Source: Octopus vulgaris (Eukaryota). From it: a stretch of DNA of 64,000 nucleotides. Positions within the stretch are counted from its first letter, which is position 1; every line of letters begins with the position of its first letter. The stretch is taken from NCBI GenBank assembly GCA_951406725.2, contig OX597826.1, forward strand, positions 83,886,001 to 83,950,000. The letters run 5' to 3'. The position numbers and the translations under genes are program-made. The notes under the pieces are model-generated. The model made no database searches, was not told the DNA's origin, and saw only the letters and a program-made list of their open reading frames with translations. Of this stretch, positions 30,650-43,884 are shown piece by piece.

Positions 30650-31035
30650 CAATGGGTGTGTGGTTAAATAGTCAGCTTCCCAACCACATGGTTACAAGTT
30701 CATTTCAATCCTGTTGCACAGCACTTTGGAGAAGTGTCTTCTGCTATAGCCCAGGGCTAACCAAAAGCCTCGTGGGTGGATTTAGTTGATAGAAACTGAA
30801 AGAAGCCTGTTATGTGTGTGTGTGTGTGTGTGTGTGTGTCTCCTCTTGAAATTACATGATGTCGTAAACAAGCATCACCTTTATATCATTCTTTTCCAAT
30901 CTTCCACAAAAACATGTCTGGCCTGTAGGGAAATCCTACCTTGCATGGAAACAGGTGAGGGCTGGTGACAGGAAGGGCACCCAGCCACAGAAAATCTGCC
31001 CAACCAAACTCTGTCTGATCCATGCAAGCATGAGA
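30650..31035 (+). mobile_element. CORE-type tRNA SINE with RTE-like tail (degenerate)
   Basis: GTGTGGTTAA head, TGTCTTCTGCTATAGCC...GAAACTGAAAGAAGCC core, AGGAAGGGCACCCAGC tail. Confidence 0.7.
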
Positions 31036-31812
31036 GAGTAATCATTAAAAAAACAGCAGTGAGGATAATCTTGTCCAAAGTCCTAATGGCTACCAGCATG
31101 CCACTATTTTTACCAATGTAGTTCTTTCATCAGTTTACAGGGATTCTGAATTCTAGTCCATATTGAAAATATGGTCATAAGTTCTGATTTTTACAAGTGT
31201 TATTATGTAATGTCCTTCAAACGAGGCTTGTCTTATCTCTGTTCCATTCCTACTCCCCCCCCCCCGCGCGTGCCAGTGATTACTGGCAGGAAATGGGGCT
31301 TTTACCCAGCTGTGGAAACAATTGCTTCTACTAATAACACTCTCACACACACACACACACACCAACAGAGAAATGAATGCAAAACACATTTACTATTTAA
31401 AGAGGTGATAGAGGAGGGGCTGATGGGGGAGAGCAGATGGGGAGAAGGGATGAGGTGAGGAGAAGATGAGAGGGATGGGGAGTAGATGAAGAGCAGCACC
31501 CTATTGTGATGAGGGTAACAAATTGATGTTCAGCTGGAACTTTCATAGGTGGATTATCTGGAGAGAGAATGTGATTATGGAGAGGCCTTAATGGATTGTT
31601 GGATTATCACAGAAGGGATTTAGGATGAGGACACCTGAACCTGGTGGAAGAAACTCGTCCCATCCCTCCCCTACCCCCACCCTCCATGCTTCACCATTCC
31701 TCATCTGAGTTAGAGACTAAAACAACAGGAAATCTAAAAGGAAGACGGTAAAAGAAGGATTGAACCTACATTGCAGGTCTAGCAGACTGGAAGCTTTCAA
31801 ACACACACACAC

Positions 31813-31847
<35 letters not shown>

Positions 31848-32899
31848 TATATAGACATATGTATTACATACATATACATCCATACACAGACACATACTCA
31901 TGCCTGTTATACATAAATATTCACATGGATATACACACACACTCACACATAGATATGCACAGACATACATACATATACACAGATAAACACACACACACAC
32001 AGCTCTGAAGAACTGTTCCAAAATGTCATTGGGCCAGACAAGTAAAGCTAAATTCTATGATAATGGCACTAAAAGTTTACCATTCTGGCTGAGATTCTCA
32101 CTGAATCAGGACAACGACTACAACATTAACCTTCCACGGATGAGAGAACAACATTACTGGTTTGCTAGCAGAAACAGGAGACTGGCAATGGAACAAAGGG
32201 GTTTCCAATATTTCTTGTATTGTAGTGTAATGGGAGAGAAGAGGGGGAAGGTATGGAGAGAGGCTGAAGAGGAGAGAAAGAGAGAGGAAGGAAGGAGTGG
32301 AGAGGGTGGGGAAAATAAGGAGGAGAGGAAGAAAGGAAGAGAGAAAGAAACAAACAAGAGAGAGAATGACAATGGGTGTGAATGAGTGTTGTAGGGGTGA
32401 GGAGTGGAAAGTAAATTATAAACAACTTTAACAATAGCAGCAATAACAACAACAACAACAAAAGCAGTAAACAACAAGTACAAAAGTAAGAGTAAAGAAG
32501 CAATGTTGCACCTACATCTCCAATAACAACAGCAACAACCTCAAGAACAATGACAACAACAATAAGTAAACAACAGCTGCAACAATGACAAGAGAAGCAA
32601 CAATAGTTGCAGCAGCAGCAGCAGCAGCAACACACATGAGGTGGGTGGGGAGGGGGGGAAAAGAGAATTCGAGAAATAAGAAAACATACAACAAAAGCCT
32701 TGTATTGAATAATAGAAGTGGTGGGAGTGGGGGTTATTTTGGTTTTTGGTTTTTTGTTGTTTTTGGAGACCCAGGAATCATGATTAGTTGGAAAAGGATA
32801 CATTGACCAATTTTGTTTGACCTTAGGCTATGAAGGTCAACTTTATTAGTGACATTACCCCCTGTCTGAAGCAACAAGGGGGTAAGCAAACAAAGGAGC

Positions 32900-33300
32900 C
32901 TCTGCGTGATCAATCAGCCTGCTAGAAACAGCAGCCATACATCCTTCAAATACATCTTTCTGATTTTAAAAAAAAGAAGGGGCAGTTGTATGATATAGTC
33001 TGAGATATACTAAGCTTGAATAAATGATGGGACAGGCAAGGTTGGAACAGCTTTGATCGGGAACAGCTTTGATGTCTGGGGTTAAAAAAAGCAAGTTGAA
33101 TCAACAAGAAAGTATTTTTGGTAGATTATACTCAACCTACTAGAAATAACAAACAAATCTCCCTCAAATTACATTTAACCTTCTTGAAAAAGAAAGACCA
33201 CCCTGCATGCAGTGTGTCTGCAAAAGCTTGTCATGGCTGGATTGGCTTTGGTCACTGGTCTGCTGGATGTGATAGGACTAAACAGCAACAGCAACAACAA
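32900..33300 (+). repeat. Tandem pair of an old ~200-bp dispersed repeat (other copies near 25330-25500, 29500-29660, 34270-34470, 42540-42690, 46150-46540, 50150-50300, 61900-62080)
   Basis: Recurrent words GCTAGAAATAGCAGCCAAA...GGAATGCCTTTGATCA...TAAACAACAAC in either orientation. Confidence 0.6.
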
Positions 33301-34035
33301 CAACCAGAAATGTGAATTTGATTCACAAATTTACATGGATTTAAACATTAATGGCTAAGCTTGCTTTATGCTTATCTCCTCCTTTGTGTCTCTATGATCA
33401 TCCCTGATTAATTAATTAGTTTTTAGATAAAACTCAAAGAAGTGGTAAACGCTGGAAATATTTCAATGTTCCATGCTATTTTTTGTCAAATTTATTTTTG
33501 TCAAATTTCTGCCAGACATTTTCAGGACAATGTTTTCATCTACAAAGATGGTTTTTTTGTCTTTATGAATGGTCCAGTTACCGTTTCATTGTTTTTTTGT
33601 TTTGTTTTTTTTTTCATGTGAGAATGGCAGAAGAGTACCTGTGCAACTTGGATGGAAAAAATATTAAAAGGTATTTTTGGCAAATTCCAGCCACAAGGCA
33701 TTTCAAAATTTTCAACTGCTTTATCAATCTTTTCCACCTCCCACAGTAGTTAACTCATGCAGAACATCTTGAATTGTGACATTCTATCTGTTCTTTGGTA
33801 CTAGATTCAGACATTAGTCAATGGCCATGCCAGGTCACCAATTTCAGAACCTTTTTGTTGTATGGATATGTGAGTGTGCATATATCTATGTTTATATACA
33901 TATATGTGTACGCGTGTGTGTGTGTGTGTGTGTGTGTAATGGAATCATTACTGAGACTCCTGCCTATCTATAAAAACAGGATGGAATCAAGATATATGTT
34001 AACCAGCTGTAATCAAACTTGTTTTGGTTGGAGGG

Positions 34036-34067
<32 letters not shown>

Positions 34068-34637
34068 AAAGGGTACAATGAAAATTATTATTTCAATTCT
34101 TTTTTAAAAAACAAAATTCGGTAATCACCCCAACCCCGCTTAGTTGCACCATCAAAGAAAATTAGATACAATCAAAGCGTTTTATAAATACTGCCTTCAG
34201 AGTAGGAGGGTTTACTCAACATTGTTTTAATAACCATTCACACACACAGAAGCCTCTATGTAGTCTCCCACCCTGGAAATAGCAGTCAAAACCTTCCTTA
34301 AATCACACCCTACAATCTTACAAAAAAAAGACCATGTTCGATAATCTGGCCCCAAACTTCCCTACACAGAGGTTAAAAAAGGAACAGGATGGTCTCTGAT
34401 GGAATGCTTTTGATCATGAGTGTGCTAATGATCAAAGGATTGACCCGGGGTTAAGCAACAACACACAGACAGACAAAACAGAAATTCTAATATCAAAAAC
34501 CAAACACAGAATGTAGGATGGAGGGGCAGTGTGGGTGAGGATGGGGTTGGAGAATAAAAATGGCAAAAGTTTGGTTTCAGACTCATTATATTCTGATTAG
34601 TAGAGTAAAATGTCATAATCAAGTAGTTTGAAGGGTT

Positions 34638-34900
34638 GCATCATCATCATCATCAGCAGCAGCAGCATCATCACCATCACCATCATAACTATTACTATCA
34701 TTATCACTGTTATTATCGTTATTATCATCTTCATCATCATTATTATTGTTACTAATATGGTCATCATCATCAACATCATCATCGTTATTATTATCATTAT
34801 TATTATCATTATTATTATTATTATTATTATTACTGTTATTATTATTATCGTTATTATTATCATTATTATTACTGTTATTATTATTATCGTTATTATTACT
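34638..34900. repeat. (ATC/ATT)n low-complexity array
   Basis: Directly visible; source of the poly-I ORFs. Confidence 0.95.
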
Positions 34901-34995
34901 TTGTTGAGGGTCTATTTTATTAAAAAGTTCTTTTCATATTTTATGAAATGCTTGTCTTTGCATTTTAGCTACTTCTCAGTTTCTCTCTTTATGCG

Positions 34996-35029
<34 letters not shown>

Positions 35030-36209
35030 TACACACACACGTACATATATAATATTTTTTAATGTTTTGTTTTCCATTTAGGTATTGTTTTATTTGTTGC
35101 TGTTTATTGTTTTTTGTTTTTGCGCATTGGCACACTTTATGCATTGTGTGCAACGGAACCAGATAAAAGCTAATAGCATTTGATGGCCAATTGCTCAAAA
35201 AGAAAAAAAGAGATGGAGGGTGTCGGTTAGAGAAAGAGAGAGAGTAGAACTTAAATACATATACACACACACACACACACACACATATCTAAACAAAAGA
35301 GCTGGAATATTCAAATTGTCTGTCTGTGTATTGGTTGTTTTTCAGGCATTCAATACAGAAATAAGTTGTCTTTTGGGGGCAAAAGTATATAAAAAAAAGT
35401 GTGTATGTATGTATGCATATATGCTTGTACATGTGTGTGTGTGTGTATGTGTGTGTTTGTGAGAGAGAGAAAGTGTATACAAACACCCCACACACATAAA
35501 CACTATTTTTTCTATAAAATCTATGTATACTTTTATATTTTATATAAATAGAAGTTTGCAAACATGTTTGTGCTCCAATAATGAATCAAACAGACATTAC
35601 ATATACATGTGTGTGTGTGTGTGTGTGTGTAAACTTAGGGATATGTAGCAAAAACTGAAAGCAAAACAACCACACATTCATACTCACACATGAAAACACC
35701 CACACAAAGATATACAAATATATGCACTCATGCATGCATGTGCACGCATGCACACACACACACACACACACATACACAGAAATAAATAGAAAGAAAGAAG
35801 AAGACAATGGTGAAAGAGACGGGTAATGAAAAAACATCCAATATGAGCAAAAAAAGTAAAGCTATAAAAATATATATATAGATATTTAGTATGCTGTAGA
35901 AGCAATAAATAAATTAATCAATTAACGAAATAATCAAATGAGAGTCAAAGAGTCAATGACTGCGGCAATGCCATGCTAAACATGTTCGCATCAATTCCCA
36001 CGCTTCATGTTCATGTATCATCAATACACTTTGAAGCGGACTAAAGTCAAGAGGCAGTAAAATGAGACTCTCTTCTGGTAATGGATGACAGCCACAACAC
36101 TTCCAAGCAGATGAAAATATGAACAGTAAAAGCAAAAATATATTTTTAAAGTGAGTTCCTCTGTTGCAAAGATGGAGACATTCAAATGTTTCTTCTTCAG
36201 TGAGAAACA

Positions 36210-36428
36210 ATAATTGTTTCAAGTGCTGACGCAAGGCCAGCAATTTCAGTGAAGGAGATAAGTCGATTACATCAACCCCAATATGCTACTAGTACTTATT
36301 TTATCGACCCCGAAAGGAAGAAAGGCAAAGTCAACCTCGGTGGAATTTTAACTCAGAACATAAGGACAGATGAAATGCAGTTAAGCATTTTGCTTGGTGT
36401 GCTCATGATTCCGCCAGGTTGCTGCCTT
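36210..36428 (-). mobile_element. tRNA-derived SINE (same family as 28755)
   Basis: Reverse match including TTATCGACCCCGAAAGG...AAAGGCAAAGTCAACC. Confidence 0.85.
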
Positions 36429-36907
36429 CAGTTTTAGAAAAGGGAATGAAAGAGAAAAAAAAAGGTAGCTGCACCATTCTGGTCTCCAGCTTTTGCTTGC
36501 TTCTAACTAAGTTGTTTATTTCTTTGATGTTTGTCCCATTTCTGACCACCAGTGGCTCAACATGTTTTTACAGCAGACATAACCAACGACATCCTCCTGC
36601 CTGAATGGTGACATTGGTTTTACATCCGAGTAAACAATGTCGAGACAGAAACGGCAAGAAACACAATCACGCACAAACGCACTGACACATAGAAACATAG
36701 CTAGACTTAAAAGAGATTTCATAGATTTTCTATCAGACAGAGTTTCTCTCACAAAGTATAGATTAGCAGGAACAAATCCAAAGCTGTATGAAGAGAACTT
36801 AACTACACAATCATACTTGCATGGAACTAAATGTACAAGTGCGAAGGTGCTTCCTTTCATATACACGTCGTCCCCACTATCTCACTCCCTCTTTCTCCAC
36901 ACACTCA

Positions 36908-37200
36908 TAGAGAGTATCCAAAAAATGCATACACTCTTTAAAAATTGATAACTTAATTTTCTTTCTTTTTAGATTTAATTCATTAGAAATAATGAAGAAA
37001 ACAATTTCCTTATAACAAAGGAAATTTATCGTAAAATGCAACTGAAAGTTTGGAAACAGTATTGAAGTGTGAAGGTGGTTTAGGAGTTTCAACCAAATCC
37101 ATGTCTGTCGCTTACCATCATTTGAATTAGAGATAAGTTTGAAACAGATGCAACTGTTCAGAATGCCAAAAGTCAACCATGAAGAATTGGAGAAAGAAAT
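36908..37200 (+). mobile_element. Decayed Tc1/mariner-type transposon 5' end (DUF4817-like HTH remnant)
   Basis: TIR-like TAGAGAGTATCCAAAAAATGCATACACTCTTT, followed by a broken frame encoding RKFIVKC...RLTII*IRDKFETDATVQN. Confidence 0.5.
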
Positions 37201-37504
37201 CCACAATTTCTGTCCAAAACTACAATTGGTTGAGCTTTTCATCATAAAGTGCAGAGGATGAATCTCTGACAAGGACTGAGTCAAAACTGACCCCACAAAA
37301 AGGAAGAAAGGATCACCTGATAAAATATATTAATACAGGACATATGCAGTGATGTGTATAAATACAAATTTGTTAGCAGTTCAAATTCAGTGAATGGCTT
37401 TGTTACAGGTTCAAATAAACCTCAAATATATTTGAACTGGTAACAAGTTTGCATTTGTACACATCACTTCTGTCAGACAAAAAAAAACCCAGCTTCTAAA
37501 CAAT

Positions 37505-38600
37505 GAAACAATAATCATCAAACGCGCAGATAAAGGTGTTGTCATAATGGATGCTGAATATTATCAAGATTTAGCTGAGAATCAATTGAAAAATATAAAC
37601 TTTTAGTCTGAAATATCTACAAATATAAGTCATGGCATTGTGAAACAGCTTAGCAATCTGTTTTCAAACACCATGATTTGCTAATTACTAATGAAAATAA
37701 TTACTTTATGAATTTTGAACTCAAACCTAGCAACTTTATGGCCAGCTAAAAATGCAAAAACAAAGTGGTGGATATGTTAAAATTGCTCCACCCACAAAAC
37801 TAATAGCTTAGGTCTGTCATGACTGGGCCAACATCTACAACACATCACCTAAGAGAATTTAGTGACATTATTTTGAAACCATTGTGCATTTTCATATTGA
37901 GTTTCATTCAAGATGATATTGGATTTTCTGTCCCATCTACCGTAAGCAAGAGATCCTAATTTAGTATTCGTTAGTTTTGATGTAGTAAGTCTCTACAAAA
38001 ATACTTCACATGATATAGGAACAATCAAATATTGGGGTGAAAATCATAGAGGGGTTATTCCCAATAGATTTTCCTTGGACTTCGTAGGCTGTTAGTTTTA
38101 TTCTAGAGGATACATTCTTTAGCAATGAGAAAATTATCTACAGTGTAAAGGTACTGCCATGGGAACTAAATTTGCCCCAGTATACGTGAAATCAGTAATG
38201 GGATAACTGAAGCAAAAACTATAAAAGAAAACTATGGCACTAGTTTTAGAAAATATAAAAGGGCTCATAGAATAGATTTCTTGATAACTGTTTTTGAATC
38301 TGAAGAAAATCTGTAAATAATTTAGAGGAATTCAGTATCCTTTTGATCAATTTATATCAAACCCTAAAGAAGACTGGCAACACAAAATTAACTTTTCTCA
38401 ACATAATGATAATTAAAAATAACACTGACATACAATGGATCAACATTATAAAGACATGGATATGCATCAATATCTGAGCAGTGAACCATGTCACCCAGCA
38501 TATATAAAATGCAATATCCCATATTATCAAACCTAGAAATTTGTACAGTTGTTGATGATATCAACATCAGAAAAGAATGATTCACAGAACGTTGTTGTTC
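37505..38600 (+). pseudogene. Decayed Penelope-like element reverse transcriptase
   Basis: PLE RT motifs in order: IIIKRADKG (37510), VSFDVVSLY (37970), YLQCKGTAMGTKFAP (38135), HQYL...HP...NIPY (38465-38525). Many stops and indels. Confidence 0.85.
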
Positions 38601-39124
38601 ACATCTCCTTCTCTAGCTCATGCCCCGCCCCCACACCTCCATCACCTTCTACCTACACTCAACCTCTCTCTCTCTATCTTGCAAACCACAATCCCCTTTC
38701 CATATTCCCCTCCCAACTCTATCCACATTATTACTCTCCCCACTATCACCTCCACACACCCACAATGATAAACTCATTCCTTTCATTATACTTTTCATCA
38801 AAATCATCATCCTCTCGTATTCTTGCTTCAGGGTGGCCCTTCTTTAATCTTGCCAGTGACAAGGTGACCATCACTAGCAAGATAACACTTTGTGATATGG
38901 ATGGCATTAGGAAGGGCACCCAGCCAGGGAAACCATGCTGGAACTGAGATGTTCACAATAGCAAAAGAGATACTTTGAAGAGTACATCTTTTATCCTTTA
39001 CTTGAAAGTCTAGTCAAAATGATCAATCCCTGTATTTAATTCTTAAAGTCTGATGCTTATTCTGTCAGCCTCTTTTGTTGGACTGCTAAGTTACAGGGAC
39101 ATGTGCAAGCCAGCCTTGGTTGTC
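38135..39124 (+). repeat. Donor copy of local duplication
   Basis: Near-identical to 40938-41799. Confidence 0.95.
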
Positions 39125-39320
39125 AAGCAGTGGTGGAATAAACACAAACACACACACATGCAACAGGCTTCCATACAGTTTCCACCTACTAAACTTATTC
39201 ACAGAGCATTGGTCATCCTGGGGATATGGTAGAAGATTCCCAAAGTGACAAGCAGTGGGACTGAATCCCCAAAAAGGCCTTGTGGTTGCAAAGCAAGCTT
39301 CTTAACCACACAGCCACACT
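38990..39320 (-). mobile_element. CORE-type tRNA SINE
   Basis: Same family as 48213-48580 (CTGCTAAGTTACAGGGAC...CAGTGGGACTGAA...AACCACACAGCCAC). Confidence 0.8.
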
Positions 39321-39849
39321 TTTCTGCCCCAAAATAAAATTTTAACAAAACAAAAAATTAAAATCATAAATATTTCAATGCTAAGAGAACTTGTCAATCA
39401 CCTGTGTGTGCACGTGTGTGCGTGCATGTGTGTGTGTGTGTGCATGCAGGAGTGTGATATTCTACATATGGTAATATAGTGTTAAAGCACCTAAAGGCTG
39501 GCTGGTAGACGTGAGTCAGTCAATTAGGCCAGAGCTGAAACTAATGTAAAAAACGAAGAGAACTATTTTTAATATTCAATATTTTAATTTAATTTTGTTT
39601 AATTTTACACTAGAGACATGTCGAAGAATTTTCCAAAAATGGATATTTAAGTACATATTTTAAGCCACTGAAGACTCAAAGACATTATAAACATTTTTGG
39701 CAGAACAAAACAAATGTTGCTTTTTATTTAATGAGGAAAAAAAACTATAAATAACATAATGTGGACATGTGTGTGTGTGTGTGAAAGGAACAAGTACAAC
39801 TAAGGTTAAGAAGCTGGCAAGTTCAATCAATCAATAATAATACTAAGAA

Positions 39850-40060
39850 TCCTTTTTACTATAGGCACAAAGCCTGAAATTTGGTGGGAGAGGATAAGCC
39901 AATTACATCAACCCCAGTGCATAGCTGGTACTTATTTCATTGTCAGCAAAAGGATGAAAGACAAAGTTGATCTCAGTGGAATCTAAACATAGAATGTAAA
40001 AGATGGATGAAATGCCACATTCTGTCCAGCATGCCAACGATTCTGCCAGCTTACTGCCTT
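39850..40060 (-). mobile_element. tRNA-derived SINE (28755 family)
   Basis: Reverse match ending AACGATTCTGCCAGCTTACTGCCTT. Confidence 0.8.
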
Positions 40061-40092
40061 AATAATGATAATAATAATAATAAAAATGATGA

Positions 40093-40126
<34 letters not shown>

Positions 40127-40195
40127 TAAACAGGAAGAAGAAAAGTAAAAAGAATGACTGAATAAGAAGAAAATGAAGAAGATGAAGAAACAAGC

Positions 40196-40204
40196 GCTTA
40201 CCAT
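40196..40204 (-). promoter_or_regulatory. Candidate 5' splice donor directly after an ATG (AAGATG|GTAAGC)
   Basis: Consensus donor in unique sequence; no transcript evidence. Confidence 0.3.
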
Positions 40205-40595
40205 CTTCGTGATGTGCGGTTTTTGCATTAAGAAGGGGGGAAAAAATAAAGAAAGAGACCAAAAAGTCTAAGGAAAATGTGTTTAGTTGTTTGTGCAAGA
40301 TGGCAGCAAAGTTTGTGAAAATATAAAAGTAAACAGTGGAGTTAGATATCTTTATATTCCTGACAAACAGCTTTGAGCAGTTTTCTTCATTAATGAAATA
40401 CAGCTTTTAATACAGCAGCACTCCTTCAGCAAACAGTGTAGGCAGAACTTATACGTGGTGGAACTGCGCCCATGTATGTTCATATATATATATAAAACAT
40501 ACTTAACCTAAATCATCGGAAAGCTGCAGCTTGTCATCCAGGGAAAATCTCTTCATAGACATTGGGTTAAAAACCAAAATATACATCAAACCTAC

Positions 40596-40690
40596 ATCAT
40601 CATCATCATTGTCGTTTAATATCTGCTTTCTATGCTGGCATGGGTTGGACAGTTTGACTGAGGACCGGCAAGCCAGAAGGCTGCACCAAG
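40596..40690 (-). mobile_element. RTE 3' terminal fragment
   Basis: (CAT)n followed by ATGCTGGCATGGGTTGGAC. Confidence 0.8.
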
Positions 40691-40937
40691 GAATTCAGTA
40701 ATTTGTCTGGAAATATATTTAATCCAAAGTGTTTCTAATCTTTTAACAGATTAAATCATTGAGATGGAATTCTATGGAGATAGAATTGGCTGGGAATGAG
40801 TGAGGTTTTGACCATTTGATCATGGACTACATTCCAATGACACAGTTTGGTACCCAACCATCAGATCTGAGAAGAAAAAAGATGAAGAGAGAGAGGAGAC
40901 AGACAGACAAACAGAGCAAGGGCAACAAGAGATTGAG

Positions 40938-41799
40938 TATCTACAGTGTAAATGTACTGCCATGGGAACTAAATTTGCCCCAGTATACATGAAATCAGTA
41001 ATGGGATAACTGAAGCAAAAACTGTAAAAGAAAACTATGGCACTAGTTTTAGAAAATATAAAAGGGCTCATAGAATAGATTTCTTGATAACTGTTTTTTA
41101 ATCTGAAGAAAATCTGTAAATAATTTAGAGGAATTCAGTATCCTTTTGATCAATTTATATCAAACCCTAAAGAAGACTGGCAACACAAAATTAACTTTTC
41201 TCAACATAATGATAATTAAAAATAACACTGACATACAATGGATCAACATTATAAAGACATGGATATGCATCAATATCTGAGCAGTGAACCATGTCACCCA
41301 GCATATATAAAATGCAATATCCCATATTATCACTCAACCTCTCTCTCTCTATCTTGCAAACCACAATCCCCTTTCCATATTCCCCTCCCAACTCTATCCA
41401 CATTATTACTCTCCCCACTATCACCTCCACACACCCACAATGATAAACTCACTCCTTTCATTATACTTTTCATCAAAATCATCATCCTCTCGTATTCTTG
41501 CTTCAGGGTGGCCCTTCTTTAATCTTGCCAGTGACAAGGTGACCATCACTAGCAAGATAACACTTTGTGATATGGATGGCATTAGGAAGGGCACCCAGCC
41601 AGGGAAACCATGCTGGAACTGAGATGTTCACAATAGCAAAAGAGATACTTTGAAGAGTACATCTTTTATCCTTTACTTGAAAGTCTAGTCAAAATGATCA
41701 ATCCCTGTATTTAATTCTTAAAGTCTGATGCTTATTCTGTCAGCCTCTTTTGTTGGACTGCTAAGTTACAGGGACATGTGCAAGCCAGCCTTGGTTGTC
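40938..41799 (+). repeat. Inserted copy of 38135-39124 with a 128-bp internal deletion and an 8-bp TSD
   Basis: AGATTGAG at 40930-40937 and 41801-41808; lacks 38530-38657. Confidence 0.93.
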
Positions 41800-43084
41800 T
41801 AGATTGAGAGAGAGAGAGAGAGACAAAGACTGATAGAGAGAGATAGAGAGATGATAGTAAGATGAGACAGAAAGGCAGAATGATAGAGAGAGAGGGGGAG
41901 AAGGGGAGTGAGGGAGAGAAAAAGACAGATTATTCCTAAAAACATTTTACCAGAAAGGTGATATGATCTGAAAATAACATTTGCAGACAGTTTATAAATT
42001 GTGTTGCCATCACTAGGCAACAGCATCGCTTAGCAACAAATTTTGGATGGTCAGAGATTATGATCATCATTATCATCATCACTACCACCATCATCATCAT
42101 CATCATCAACACCATCATCATCATTATTATCATCACCAACAGCAACAGTGTCATTGATGTAAAGTCCATTTCTCTCTGTTAGCAGGAACTGAATGAGTCT
42201 GCAGAATAGTGAATCACTTATTCTATCACCTCATTGTAAAGCCAGGATGAAACCTTACCAATTCTCAGGCAGTTCTGCTGTTAGACATGTTTTATTGCAT
42301 TCAGATTATTCGGTCAAATTTAATGCTTATTTCTTTCAAATTAATTATTTTTAATTAATCATGCATTATCTCATGATTTTGAGATTTCAATGATGTGAGT
42401 GTATATTTTTAGACTGACATTATAGGTTAGGTGTGAGAAGCTGGATATGGCCAATCTGAACATAAAACAGGGACAATATCTTCACCAGAAATGGTCGGAT
42501 TAAAAGTTACAGGATCAATCCTTGGCACCCGCAGCTCCAATAGATCTCCAATCAAAGATGTTCCACCTGCAATTATCTTTCCTTCTATTCATACTGGAAT
42601 CACATCTGGAACTATATTACTCAATGTGTTCTTCCTTTTTTAAGGCAGCAGAGTGTGTGATTTGAAGAAAGTTTGGCTGGTATTTTTATTAAGTGAAGCC
42701 ACCATGTCGACGATGCTTCACCGGCATTTATGGCAGTCTTTTAATACTGCCATCAACCAGCTACCAGCTAAGACTTGCAGACAGTTAATAAATTTGAATA
42801 AATCTTTGAATCTGATTCAAATAATGCTGAAGAATGGTCCAATTGAATAGATTACCATACTTCCCACAGAATTTGTATTTTGTATTTAAAATGTCACCTC
42901 TGCACCCCATAAAAACAACAATAACAACAACATAAAAACACACGTACAGAGACAGACAGATACATCCTTGATCTCCAAAACAGTTTAAGAAATATTTCAA
43001 TAGGAAAATATAATAATATTCTCTCTTCTTTATGATTATTACAACCATTAACATTTGTTTTGGTTTAGAGTTCTTCAAAAGATG

Positions 43085-43219
43085 TATTTGTATGTGTATG
43101 TTAATATATATATATGTGTACATGTGTGTGCATGGGTGTGTGCATAGTCTGTGTGTGTGTGTGACTATCTGTAGGTACACATGGCTGTTGCAAGTTTATA
43201 TTGTGTGTGTGTGTGTGTG

Positions 43220-43259
<40 letters not shown>

Positions 43260-43378
43260 TATATATATATACATATATATTTACATATATATATATATAC
43301 ACACATATATATATATATATACATATATATTTACATATATATATATACACACATATATATATATACATATATATTTAC

Positions 43379-43411
<33 letters not shown>

Positions 43412-43636
43412 CGTGTGTGTACATATAAAGTATGAAAGTACATCTAGATATGGGTGAGTGTGTGCGTGTGATTAGATATGTGTATATTATATGTGTATTT
43501 ATATGTATGTGTGTGTACATATGTATGTTCTTACAAATAAATATGTATATATGTACATATATGTGTGTTTATATATATATATATATTTATATATCTATGT
43601 TTACACATATGCATACACATATACATATGAGTGTGC

Positions 43637-43667
<31 letters not shown>

Positions 43668-43853
43668 CCTATGCACACACATACATATGTTTAGACATAG
43701 ATAGGGGTTGAGTGAACATTTCAGGAGTGAAGGTGTGGGGAGGAAGAAGGACTCAGGAATGAAATCAGACGTAAAAACAACCCACAAAAACAATTCCCCG
43801 GTTAAATAATAAATAGACTGCATTAGAAATGGAGCTTCCTGTATTTTGTCACA

Positions 43854-43884
<31 letters not shown>

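Noticed and set aside
36637-36948. 103-aa ORF, possibly a transposase tail
   Set aside because: No motif I can recognise with confidence; would need a homology search.
38530-38657. 128-bp segment missing from the duplicate as a spliced intron (minus strand can start GTAGGT)
   Set aside because: The other end reads TAGGTTT, so no exact GT-AG pair exists in any register; a microhomology deletion is simpler.
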